From an uncultured Collinsella sp. (GTDB lineage Bacteria; Actinomycetota; Coriobacteriia; Coriobacteriales; Coriobacteriaceae): DNA of 64,000 nt. The notes beneath the pieces were generated by a model, which saw only the letters and a program-made list of their open reading frames with translations, was not told the origin of the DNA and ran no database searches. Shown piece after piece: positions 17,381 to 24,857 of the stretch. Position 1 is the first letter of the stretch; each line of letters starts with the position of its first letter. The position numbers and the translations under genes were made by a program. The stretch spans positions 2,560 through 66,559 of the forward strand of contig URPB01000001.1 in assembly GCA_900549575.1 (NCBI GenBank). The letters run 5' to 3'.

Positions 17381-17626
17381 ATGACGGAACAGGAAATCGC
17401 CGGGGAGATCAACGGCTACAAACAGCAGCTTGAGCAGAGCGACTACAAGGTCATGAAGGCGGTGGAGCGCATCTTCTCCGCATCGTCCATCACCGACCTG
17501 CTCTCGGCCATCGCCGCAGCTGCCAAGGAGGTGGCCGAGATCATCTCGCAGCGCCAGACGTGGCGCGACCGCATCAACGAGCTGGAAGCCATGGAGCCCG
17601 ACCAGCCGGAAGCGCCGCAGGAGTAG
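17381..17626 (+). CDS. Hypothetical protein
   Basis: 81 aa; RBS ggaaggag upstream; followed by terminator. Confidence 0.5.
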   Translation: MTEQEIAGEINGYKQQLEQSDYKVMKAVERIFSASSITDLLSAIAAAAKEVAEIISQRQTWRDRINELEAMEPDQPEAPQE

Positions 17627-17628
17627 CG

Positions 17629-17656
17629 AGCGCCCCTTCGGGGGCGCTTTTCTTTT
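17629..17656 (+). terminator. Rho-independent terminator
   Basis: agcgcccc-ttcg-ggggcgct followed by ttttctttt. Confidence 0.7.
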
Positions 17657-17712
17657 GCCCGGCGACACCTCGCGGACAATCGCGGCAGCGATTCGAGGAG
17701 GTGAGAAAACGA

Positions 17713-18126
17713 ATGACCGACGTGCTGGAAATCTTCGCGCCGTACGGCCCCGGGTCGCTTTTCGGCGCGCTGCTCGTCCTAGTGGTCCTGTACTTCGGCA
17801 AGCAGTTCCTCGAAGAGTTCAAGGCCCAGAACGAGCGCAAGGCGAACATCGACCTCAAGCGCGAAGAGCGAAAGCAGGACGAGGTGAGCGAGCGGGCGCA
17901 GCGCGACCGCGAGCGCAGCCAGATGGAGGGCCGCATCGCCGCGCAGATGGAGCGCAGCAACGCGCTGATGGAGGCTATGAAGGCGCTCATGGAGTCCGTC
18001 GTGACCTCCAACGAGGTGCTGCACGCCGACCTGGCGAACAGCCAGGCGCGCAGCCAGGGCATGGCGGCGAAGGTCGACCACATCGCCGACCGCGTTGACC
18101 TGCTCTACAAGGAATCGACTCGATAG
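17713..18126 (+). CDS. Membrane-anchored coiled-coil protein of the lysis module
   Basis: 137 aa; N-terminal TM (LFGALLVLVVLYF) then coiled coil; paralog of 21920-22366 with near-identical core ERAQRDRERS.MEGRIAAQMERSN. Confidence 0.6.
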   Translation: MTDVLEIFAPYGPGSLFGALLVLVVLYFGKQFLEEFKAQNERKANIDLKREERKQDEVSERAQRDRERSQMEGRIAAQMERSNALMEAMKALMESVVTSNEVLHADLANSQARSQGMAAKVDHIADRVDLLYKESTR

Positions 18127-18139
18127 AAAGAAATCCGAA

Positions 18140-18445
18140 ATGACAGAAATGCAAGCAATCGCAGCCATCGTGCTGTCTTTCGCCGTGCCGTTCGCGGTGC
18201 AGCTGATCAAGACCGAGGCCATGACCGGCAAGGCCGCGCGCATCCTGGCGCTGGGCTGCTCGCTCCTGGCGGGCGTCGTGACCGGCTTCGTGGGCGGCGT
18301 GCCCGCAGACCCGGGCGCATGGGTCACGTGCGCCTTCGCCGTGGTAGGCGGCGTGCAGGCGGCCTACACGCTGTTCAAGTCGGTGGGCATCACATCCAAG
18401 TGGCTCGACGCCCTGTTGGGCGTGACCGTAGGCGGGAAGGAGTAG
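18140..18445 (+). CDS. Holin (putative)
   Basis: 101 aa, three hydrophobic segments, immediately upstream of endolysin. Confidence 0.55.
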   Translation: MTEMQAIAAIVLSFAVPFAVQLIKTEAMTGKAARILALGCSLLAGVVTGFVGGVPADPGAWVTCAFAVVGGVQAAYTLFKSVGITSKWLDALLGVTVGGKE

Positions 18446-18448
18446 GCA

Positions 18449-19261
18449 ATGGCTAAACTGTTCATCATCTGCGGCCACGGCGCTGGCGACCCCGGCTGCT
18501 GCGCAGGCGGCTGCACCGAGGCCGAGCGCGTTCGCGCCCTGGGCCAGCGAATCAAGGAACTGGGCGGTTCCGAGGTCGAGCTGGGCGATACGTCCCGCAA
18601 CTGGTACGCCGACGGCGGGCTTAACCGCCTGAGCACCGACGCGCCAGTGGTGGAGCTGCACATGGACGCCAGCGGCATCGCCACGGCCCACGGCGCGCAC
18701 GTCATCATCAAGGAGGGCTTTGAGCCTGACGAGTACGACAATGCGCTGGCCGACAAGCTGGCGGCGTTCATGCCCGGGCGCTCCGAGAAGCTGGTGCGCC
18801 GTTCCGACCTCGCGAACCCGAACCGAGCCGCCGCGCGCGGCATCAACTACCGCCTGTGCGAGAACGGCTTCATCGACAACGACGGCGACCGCGAGAAGTT
18901 CAACGGCAACCTGGACGAGCTGGCGCGCATCTACCTGGAATGCTTCGGCATCACTGCTGGAAGCGCCCCCGCAGCCGTCCCGCAGCCGCAGCCTGCGCAG
19001 CAGGAAACGACCGAGAACTTCGGCGGCACCTACCGCTGCACTGTGGACTACCTGCGCGTGCGCGACGCCCCCGGCCTGGGCGGCACCGAGGTGGCGCACT
19101 ATTCCAGCGGCGAGACCGTGACGCTGGATAACTGGTACAAGATCGCCGACGGCTACGTGTGGGGCCGATACACGGGCTACAGCGGCGCAACGCGCTACAT
19201 CGCCGTGGGCAAGGCCACGGGCAAGCCAGAGGCCGACGACTATCTGGTGAAGGTGGGATAG
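18449..19261 (+). CDS. Endolysin: N-acetylmuramoyl-L-alanine amidase with C-terminal SH3b-like domain
   Basis: IICGHGAGDPG...VELHMDAS...ENGFIDNDGDREKF fits Amidase_3-type; C-terminal YLRVRDAPGLGGTEVAHYSSGETVTLDNWYKIADGYVWGRY is SH3b-like. Confidence 0.75.
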   Translation: MAKLFIICGHGAGDPGCCAGGCTEAERVRALGQRIKELGGSEVELGDTSRNWYADGGLNRLSTDAPVVELHMDASGIATAHGAHVIIKEGFEPDEYDNALADKLAAFMPGRSEKLVRRSDLANPNRAAARGINYRLCENGFIDNDGDREKFNGNLDELARIYLECFGITAGSAPAAVPQPQPAQQETTENFGGTYRCTVDYLRVRDAPGLGGTEVAHYSSGETVTLDNWYKIADGYVWGRYTGYSGATRYIAVGKATGKPEADDYLVKVG

Positions 19262-19264
19262 GCC

Positions 19265-19576
19265 ATGCCGTACCCGAGCCCCGCAGACGAGGAGCGCAAC
19301 GGCGGGTGCGGCCCCATCCTCGCGGCGGTCGTCCTGCTGTTCATCGTCCTGGCCGCCGCCAGCTGCGCGTCGCAGGCCATGGGAGCGCAAGACGTGACCG
19401 TGAGGCAAGCCCGCACGGACGGCCCCATATACGACCTGCCCGAGGGCATCGGCCAGGAAATCGTGTGCGACGAGCACAACCGCGAGTACCTGCTGCTTAC
19501 CACCGAGCAGGGCGGCGTGTTCCTCATGCCGTACATGGACGAGGACGGCGAGCAGGAGATCATGCCGCAGGCCTAG
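19265..19576 (+). CDS. Small putative lipoprotein at prophage end
   Basis: 103 aa; hydrophobic signal-like segment ending in lipobox-like LAAASC. Confidence 0.45.
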   Translation: MPYPSPADEERNGGCGPILAAVVLLFIVLAAASCASQAMGAQDVTVRQARTDGPIYDLPEGIGQEIVCDEHNREYLLLTTEQGGVFLMPYMDEDGEQEIMPQA

Positions 19577-19582
19577 AACGCA

Positions 19583-19616
19583 AAGAAGCCGCCCCGTATG
19601 GAGCGGCTTCTTTCTA
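19583..19616 (+). terminator. Rho-independent terminator closing prophage 1 late operon
   Basis: aagaagccgc / gcggcttctt stem followed by tttctat. Confidence 0.7.
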
Positions 19617-19870
19617 TCTGACGAGCAATACGAACGCCCGCCTAACGACGAACACGCGTATGTGTTCGCCTACTGAACAATTGGTGGAGCTTATGAGAAA
19701 AACGGCGAACTCCACAAGCACCGCCAACCGCGCAGCTATCCAGCTTGATACTTGCATCGTTAGGGTATCGAAAAACTGGTTTGTTGTCGTTGGCACGTGT
19801 CAAAAATAGCAATTTCCGGTGTTTGCAAAACACCAGATGGGCGGCTTGCTGTAAGCCCGTCTAACGCCAG

Positions 19871-19902
19871 AAAGCGGGGCACCCCTTGTCAGGGTACCCC
19901 GC
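19871..19902 (-). terminator. Terminator downstream of prophage 2 endolysin
   Basis: gcggggcaccc / gggtaccccgc stem (10 of 11 pairs); short T-run on - strand. Confidence 0.5.
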
Positions 19903-19909
19903 TTGAACA

Positions 19910-20974
19910 CTAATAAGAAAGCTTCTGGCCGGGGTAGATCGTATAAGGTGCCCCAATGCCGTTCTTGCTTGCGATGGTGTGCCAGTCGATACCGAGCGAA
20001 GCGCCAATCTCGCTGAGCGTGTCGCCGCTCTTGACGGTGTAGACGCGCGCAGCGCCAACGCCCGCCCTCTGGTTGACGATTGCCTGAACCTCGCTGAAGC
20101 GTTCGCCCAGAACGTCGCTGCGCGTCGGCACAACGCCGAACATTCCGCGTTCAACATCATCTGCGAGCTGAGAAGCGGAAGCGCCGTCAATGTAGTTGAT
20201 GAGGTCTTGCACCTCTTGGTAACGGTCGCCGAGCTTTTCGCGGCGCTCATCGTCAACGCCATACTCGCCGCGCATGACCGCTGCTGCAAGGTCAAGCGTC
20301 GTGCCCTCCGGCGAAGGCTCGGCGACCTCTGCGGGCGGAACGTCGGGCGCTGCCGCGCCGGACGGGTTGGCAAACTTACCCCACACTTCGCGCGTCATAT
20401 AGGCGATATCGAGATCAAGCGGCGCGTTGAAGCCATCGAGACGGCCATTCGACGTGTACTGGTGGATTGCGCAGCTACCCCAAGCGCCAAAGCCGCCATC
20501 GGGAAGCCACGGCGAAGACTGGTAGCCGGTTCGGTTGTTGTTGGCGTACTGCGCAACCCAGAGCGCGTGATTCGGCGCGATCTGCGACCAATCCTCTTCG
20601 GTGCAAACGCTACGGCTCATGTAGACGATGCAGCGAACGCCGGTCTGATCGTAGACGTAATCGAGGAACTGCTTTGCCTTGTCGGTTCCGATGCGCCCGT
20701 ACATCTCATAATCGAGAACGGGAATGCCATTTCCGAAGTAGTTACGGCAGCTTGCGACGAAGTGCTTAGCCTGAGCGATGGGGTCTTCTCCGTTCATGAA
20801 GTGATAGAAGCCCCAGAGCTTGCCGAGCTTGATAGCCTGCTGAATCCACGGGTCGCAGGTGTTGTGAACGATGGTGGTTCCCTCGGTCGCCTTGCAGATA
20901 ACGAAATCGCAAGGCACCTGCGCGAGGTCAAGCCCTCGCTGGTAGTTGGAAATATCAATGCCGTTGAGTGCCAT
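19910..20974 (-). CDS. Endolysin: GH25 muramidase + two CW_7 repeats + LysM
   Basis: N-terminus NGIDISNYQ...DFVICKATEG...FYHF is GH25-like. GEYGVDDERREKLGDRYQEVQDLINY and GMFGVVPTRSDVLGERFSEVQAIVNQ resemble Cpl-7 repeats. C-terminal YTVKSGDTLSEIGASLGIDWHTIASKNG is LysM. Confidence 0.85.
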   Translation of the reverse strand: MALNGIDISNYQRGLDLAQVPCDFVICKATEGTTIVHNTCDPWIQQAIKLGKLWGFYHFMNGEDPIAQAKHFVASCRNYFGNGIPVLDYEMYGRIGTDKAKQFLDYVYDQTGVRCIVYMSRSVCTEEDWSQIAPNHALWVAQYANNNRTGYQSSPWLPDGGFGAWGSCAIHQYTSNGRLDGFNAPLDLDIAYMTREVWGKFANPSGAAAPDVPPAEVAEPSPEGTTLDLAAAVMRGEYGVDDERREKLGDRYQEVQDLINYIDGASASQLADDVERGMFGVVPTRSDVLGERFSEVQAIVNQRAGVGAARVYTVKSGDTLSEIGASLGIDWHTIASKNGIGAPYTIYPGQKLSY

Positions 20975-21665
20975 AGAAGCCCCCTCTGATGCAGTAGAAG
21001 TAATGAAAATCGACCTGCTCTAGCTCTTCGAGCGTGAAGGCGCGCGCGGAGTTCCCAGCGCTCGCCGGGTCGCGTATCCAGTAGCCGTCATCGTCGGCGC
21101 GCCAGATAAGCACGACGTGCCCGCCGTAGTCCCTATCGCCGAGCGTTCCGCTCATGCCAGCGAAGGCGAGCCACCCATCAGACACGTTCTGAAGGACGGG
21201 TGCGAGATCGTAAGAAATCGGCGTGCTCTCGATGCCGTATTCCGGGTAATGCTCGGCAATCCACGCGCAGAACTTGCCGGGGTCGTTAACGCCATCGGTA
21301 AGGCACGTGTCACCCACGAACGATGCGAGCGTGAGCGGCGTAATGTCCTGAAGCGTCATGTATTTGACAGACATAGCCGCGCATGTAAGGCCGCAGCCGT
21401 TGTCGCCGATTGTTCCGCCCGCATAGGGTATGTAGTCCCATTGCGGGTCGGTCTGAAGCCATAGCGGCATGCTGTTACCCTCGGCAATCGGCCTATCGAC
21501 CACGATTGCAAGGCGGTCTTCCTCAGCCGCCGCGTAGCCCTCTTCGCGCGCTTCAGCGAGCGCGCCCGCGTCGCTCTCGATATGGCCGACGATGAGCCAG
21601 CCGCAGAAGAGCATTGACGCGAGCGCGCCGGAAAGCACGAGGGCGACAGCCTTTAGCCTACTCAT
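20955..21665 (-). CDS. Membrane-anchored papain/C39-like cysteine peptidase (second lysin candidate)
   Basis: N-terminal TM (AVALVLSGALASMLFCGWLIV); QTDPQWDYIPYAGGTIGDNGCGLTCAAM Cys motif and later GHVVLIW His; start 21665 overlaps holin stop. Confidence 0.6.
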   Translation of the reverse strand: MSRLKAVALVLSGALASMLFCGWLIVGHIESDAGALAEAREEGYAAAEEDRLAIVVDRPIAEGNSMPLWLQTDPQWDYIPYAGGTIGDNGCGLTCAAMSVKYMTLQDITPLTLASFVGDTCLTDGVNDPGKFCAWIAEHYPEYGIESTPISYDLAPVLQNVSDGWLAFAGMSGTLGDRDYGGHVVLIWRADDDGYWIRDPASAGNSARAFTLEELEQVDFHYFYCIRGGFYGTQRH

Positions 21666-21918
21666 CGCGCTTCGGCTCGGTGTAGGTGAGCGCTTGCGCG
21701 GAATCGCCAACGCCCGCCGTGGTCGGGTCGGTCACGATGCCAAGAATCGCGAGCACGGCGAAAAACGCGTTGATGATCGCGGCCAACTGCTCGTTCAGAA
21801 CGCCGAAGTCCCACTGGTAGCCGAACGGCGCGGCGACCACCTGCACGAGCAGCAGGACGGCGGGAATGAGAGTCAGCCAGAACGTCTTGTTCTTGATTCG
21901 TGCGGTGAAGTTAATCAT
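21658..21918 (-). CDS. Holin
   Basis: MINFTARIKNKTFWLTLIPAVLLLVQVV... resembles LL-H/phi LC3-type holins; AAGGAG RBS 7 nt upstream of ATG 21918. Confidence 0.7.
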   Translation of the reverse strand: MINFTARIKNKTFWLTLIPAVLLLVQVVAAPFGYQWDFGVLNEQLAAIINAFFAVLAILGIVTDPTTAGVGDSAQALTYTEPKRDE

Positions 21919-21919
21919 T

Positions 21920-22366
21920 TCAGTTCTCCTTTTCATAGATGAGGTCTACGCGGTCGTAGATGTGATCGACCTTGTTTGCCATATCGTGCGAGTGCTCGCG
22001 CGATTCCCTGATTTCGTCGTGCAGCGCCGCCGTGGAAGCCCTGAGAGATTCCATAGCGGCTTGCAGCCCTTCCGAAATGTTGTTGCTTCGCTCCATCTGC
22101 GCAGCGATGCGGCCTTCCATTTCCGAGCGCTCGCGGTCGCGCTGCGCGCGCTCGTTGAGTTCGTCGCGCTTACGCTCTTCGCGCTTCAGCTCTAGCTCTG
22201 CCTGTCGCGCTGCGTTTCTCTCTTCAAGCTCCGCCTTGCGCTCGTTGTTGCGCTGGTACTCGTTAAGCAACTGCTTTGCGAGGATCCCGAAGCCGATAGC
22301 AACGAGGAACGCGAAGAACCATTCGGCACCGAAGGCCGCTGCATGGTCTAAAACGCTCTCCGCCAC
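21920..22366 (-). CDS. Membrane-anchored coiled-coil protein of the lysis module
   Basis: 148 aa; TM then coiled coil; paralog of 17713-18126. Confidence 0.6.
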   Translation of the reverse strand: MAESVLDHAAAFGAEWFFAFLVAIGFGILAKQLLNEYQRNNERKAELEERNAARQAELELKREERKRDELNERAQRDRERSEMEGRIAAQMERSNNISEGLQAAMESLRASTAALHDEIRESREHSHDMANKVDHIYDRVDLIYEKEN

Positions 22367-22367
22367 G

Positions 22368-22814
22368 TCAGCCCTCCGTCACCTCTCGCCAGACGGTTTC
22401 GGTTCCGACAGCACCCGGCTCCCAGACGTTGCTAGCAACGAGGGATTCCCAGACCTTGCCGTTGTGCTTCACGCGGGCACCGAGCGGGTAGGGATTCGTA
22501 GAATCGGGCTGCACCCATTCGGGCACTTCCTCTGTCGGCGTGTCGGGCGTGCCCGCTTCAAGCACCTTCGCCCAAAGGCTCGGCGCTGCCGTGGGTTCCC
22601 AATCGGTCTGCGACGTGTGCGCCTGAAGGCAAACGTAAAGCTCGCCCTCATAGCTCGCGCGCTCGCCCTCGGCGTAGGCATGGCCGTTGCCGTCCCACGC
22701 GGCGAAGAGCGCGGCGGCTCGGCTCGCCACGTCGGTTGAGAGAGACGGCGCTTGTGTCTTGTAAATCGCGATGATCGCGCGCACCATGCTCTCTTCGTCT
22801 TCGGTGAGTGCCAT
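22368..22814 (-). CDS. Protein with two CBM5/12-like carbohydrate-binding repeats
   Basis: YAEGERASYEGELYVCLQAHTSQTDWEPTAAPSLW and YPLGARVKHNGKVWESLVASNVWEPG match the Y-x-G-x-V-x-Y-x-G-x-x-Y-x-x-x-x-H-T-S-x-x-x-W-x-P pattern. Confidence 0.6.
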   Translation of the reverse strand: MALTEDEESMVRAIIAIYKTQAPSLSTDVASRAAALFAAWDGNGHAYAEGERASYEGELYVCLQAHTSQTDWEPTAAPSLWAKVLEAGTPDTPTEEVPEWVQPDSTNPYPLGARVKHNGKVWESLVASNVWEPGAVGTETVWREVTEG

Positions 22815-22841
22815 TTGTTGCCCCTTTCTCTCAGTAACGAA

Positions 22842-22870
22842 AAAGCCCCCGCGTCTGCGAGGGCTTTGGT
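22842..22870 (-). terminator. Terminator downstream of RT
   Basis: On - strand aaagccctcgc-aga-cgcgggggcttttt; T-run follows. Confidence 0.55.
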
Positions 22871-22892
22871 ACCTGATGGTGTGTGTTCGCTC

Positions 22893-24002
22893 TTAGCTGA
22901 AGAGCTGCTTATAGAGCGCGTCCATGCGCCTTACCGTCTCGTGAGCGTCAAGTCGCTTCATGCCTCCGCGCCACGATTGGTAAGACTGGTTAACTTGCTC
23001 GACGGTCATAACGCCGCGAGCGACCAGCGCCGCTTGCTTCTTAAGCTTGCGCCGCTGCCGTGTCACGGAAGAGCGGCAAGGGCGAACAACCACCTTTTCA
23101 CCCTCGCCATATGAAAACCTCTTCTTCAGGAACACGAAGCCGCGCGACAGCTTCACTACGCGCGTCTTCTTGCGGTTGATGATGATTCCCAGATCGTCGC
23201 AGAGCGCTTCGATGCGCGAAAGCGCGTCCCAAAGCGTCTGCTTGTCAAGCGCGATGCAATAGCTATCGTCCATGTAGCGACCGCTCGCGAGGATGCCCGG
23301 AAGCGAAAGCATCAGATGGTCTATCGGCGACGGTAAGGCCACCGCTAAAATCTGGTTCGGCTCGCTGCCAAGACCAAGCCCGCGCGCGCCGTGAGCGTCT
23401 ATCTGGTCGCACATGACGCGCTTAACGCGCTCATCGTCAATGGCTCTGTCGATGATGCGCTTGCAAGCGTCGTGGTCGATGTTCGCGAAATAGTCCGAGA
23501 AATCGACCTGCAAGATGTAGCCTTCCGTCCCGTGCTTTCGCCGGTGGGCTACAAGCTGACGCTTCATGCGATTGATTGCGTACTCGGTGCCGCGCCCCTT
23601 CACGTTTGCGGCGCATCCCTCTGTCAGGGTAGGCCAGATCGCGGGTGCGAGCGCGTGACGGCTTAAAGACTTCTGTATGACACGCTCCGAGAAGTGGACA
23701 GAGCAGATATGACGAAGCTTTCCGCGCTCGAAAAGGTCAAACTCGATGAAGCCGCGCCGGAAGTCAGCGCCCGTGAGCAGGTCGCGGCGCGCCCGCATGA
23801 TGTTTGGCATGACGCGCCCCATGTAGCGCTGAACGCTTGCCTTCCAGCGAACGCCCGCAGCAGCGCCGTTCGCCGCGCTGTATAGGTTATCGAGGTCTGC
23901 GACGGCTTCTAGCGTGCATCCTTCGATGCGCCTAGCCCTATTCTCCGCGCGTTTGGCATCTCGCCTTGCGCGGCGTGCTGCGCGTCGCTCTTCAGAGTTC
24001 AC
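22893..24002 (-). CDS. DGR reverse transcriptase
   Basis: GTG 24002 (VNSEERRAARR..., colinear with prophage 1 RT start); GRYMDDSYCI and LGLGSEPNQILA motifs; adjacent to TR. ORF-track extension to 24173 overlaps the conserved spacer and is judged non-coding. Confidence 0.9.
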   Translation of the reverse strand: MNSEERRAARRARRDAKRAENRARRIEGCTLEAVADLDNLYSAANGAAAGVRWKASVQRYMGRVMPNIMRARRDLLTGADFRRGFIEFDLFERGKLRHICSVHFSERVIQKSLSRHALAPAIWPTLTEGCAANVKGRGTEYAINRMKRQLVAHRRKHGTEGYILQVDFSDYFANIDHDACKRIIDRAIDDERVKRVMCDQIDAHGARGLGLGSEPNQILAVALPSPIDHLMLSLPGILASGRYMDDSYCIALDKQTLWDALSRIEALCDDLGIIINRKKTRVVKLSRGFVFLKKRFSYGEGEKVVVRPCRSSVTRQRRKLKKQAALVARGVMTVEQVNQSYQSWRGGMKRLDAHETVRRMDALYKQLFS

Positions 24003-24165
24003 GAGGGCACCCCGCGCGGCTTGCAGTCGGCATCCAGCAGCCGCTTGACGGTTGACCATGAAACGCGGTCGGAAGCCGAGAACCGCGCCATGCAAGCAGC
24101 GAACGGCAACCGTCGCGGGGTGCATATTTACGGGCGCATGCCCGATGGTCGCCCCTTCCTTCCTC
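24003..24165 (-). ncRNA. DGR spacer (Sp) region between TR and RT
   Basis: Conserved with 16016-16171 of prophage 1, including compensatory-looking changes; lies where DGR RNAs carry the cDNA-priming spacer. Confidence 0.55.
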
Positions 24166-24218
24166 AAATGCACGGCGCGCGGCGCTTACGGCCGCGCGGT
24201 CTGGCAAAGCTTGGGAAT

Positions 24219-24342
24219 CACGGCAGCGGGCGTATCCAGTCGTTCGTCGGCGCGTTGTTGTTGGCATTGCCGTTGTTGTTGACATTGCACGCGTTGGACG
24301 CAGAACCACCCATGACAGACCGCAGCCACCAATTGACGCGAC
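24219..24342 (-). repeat. DGR template repeat (TR)
   Basis: 124 bp identical to VR 24874-24997 except 8 positions, all T on + strand (A on the coding strand); encodes 11 AAY codons in the target frame. Confidence 0.95.
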
Positions 24343-24370
24343 GATTTCCAAGGGACAACTCGCGAACATT

Positions 24371-24781
24371 TTACCCCTTTCCTATGAGTTTCACGCCAGC
24401 GCGAGCGCCCTTTATCAGCTTAATGTCGCTGTCGATTCGGTCTAGGATTCCTTCGAGCCGCGCGGCCTTGATGGGAAGCCCCATAGTCAGAAGGCTTTGC
24501 ATGTCTTGGTAGAGCTGGTTTAGGTCTGCCAGCGCAAGCGTCATGTAGCGCTTCCGCTCATCGACGTTGCGCGCCGTGTTCGGATAGAATGCGTCGGCCT
24601 TAACCAGATTGAAGACAACGCTTCTCGCCGTCTCTGCCATAGGTACCGCGAAGATGAAGCGGTAGGATTTCGGAACGTCGCGCGACGTTACAAGGCGCGT
24701 CACGTCGTTTCTGATCGCAACCGCCGTGTTGAAATACTCGAAAGCGCTTAGGTTGCGGTTGCGCATGTATACGCCGCTCAC
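24371..24781 (-). CDS. avd: Accessory variability determinant (Avd), four-helix-bundle type
   Basis: 136 aa between VR and TR; GTG 24781 with AGGAGG 7 nt upstream; sequence style of the 23S-rRNA-IVS/Avd family (…SYRFIFAVPMAETARSVVFNLVKADAFYP…). Confidence 0.75.
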   Translation of the reverse strand: MSGVYMRNRNLSAFEYFNTAVAIRNDVTRLVTSRDVPKSYRFIFAVPMAETARSVVFNLVKADAFYPNTARNVDERKRYMTLALADLNQLYQDMQSLLTMGLPIKAARLEGILDRIDSDIKLIKGARAGVKLIGKG

Positions 24782-24811
24782 TTCGCGGCACCTCCTAATC
24801 TGCGACGGTTA

Positions 24812-24834
24812 GGCGCATGCGCAAGGCATGCGCC
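24812..24834 (-). promoter_or_regulatory. GC-rich hairpin just 3' of the target gene (DGR target-recognition-type stem-loop)
   Basis: Perfect 9-bp stem ggcgcatgc / gcatgcgcc with 5-nt loop, 24 nt beyond the stop codon. Confidence 0.5.
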
Positions 24835-24857
24835 AGCGCGGTACTGTGTACGGCTTA

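Larger units (their letters stand above)
1..19620 (+). mobile_element. Prophage 1, late region (portal to lysis); left part lies outside the window
   Basis: Uninterrupted + strand run of head, neck, tail, DGR-remnant and lysis genes with overlapping start/stop codons; ends at terminator 19583-19616 before an AT-richer junction. Confidence 0.85.

Noticed and set aside
19682-19760. A tRNA or second tmRNA gene in the inter-prophage junction (because of TGGTGGAGC, which reads GCTCCACCA on the other strand).
   Set aside because: I could not fold a cloverleaf or a T-arm. Only two short words match ssrA. It is kept only as a possible att remnant in the findings.
19660-19809. Short + strand ORF (MCSPTEQLVELMRKTANSTSTANRAAIQLDTCIVRVSKNWFVVVGTCQK) and two ~60-aa - strand ORFs in the junction.
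   Set aside because: There is no RBS, the ORFs are mutually overlapping, and the composition is atypical. There is not enough support to call a gene.
24003-24173. N-terminal extension of the prophage 2 RT ORF to 24173 (426 aa).
   Set aside because: The extension covers the region conserved at nucleotide level with prophage 1, where the corresponding frame is not conserved. Both RTs align from VNSE(Q/E)RRAARR at an in-frame GTG, so the upstream part is more likely non-coding spacer RNA.
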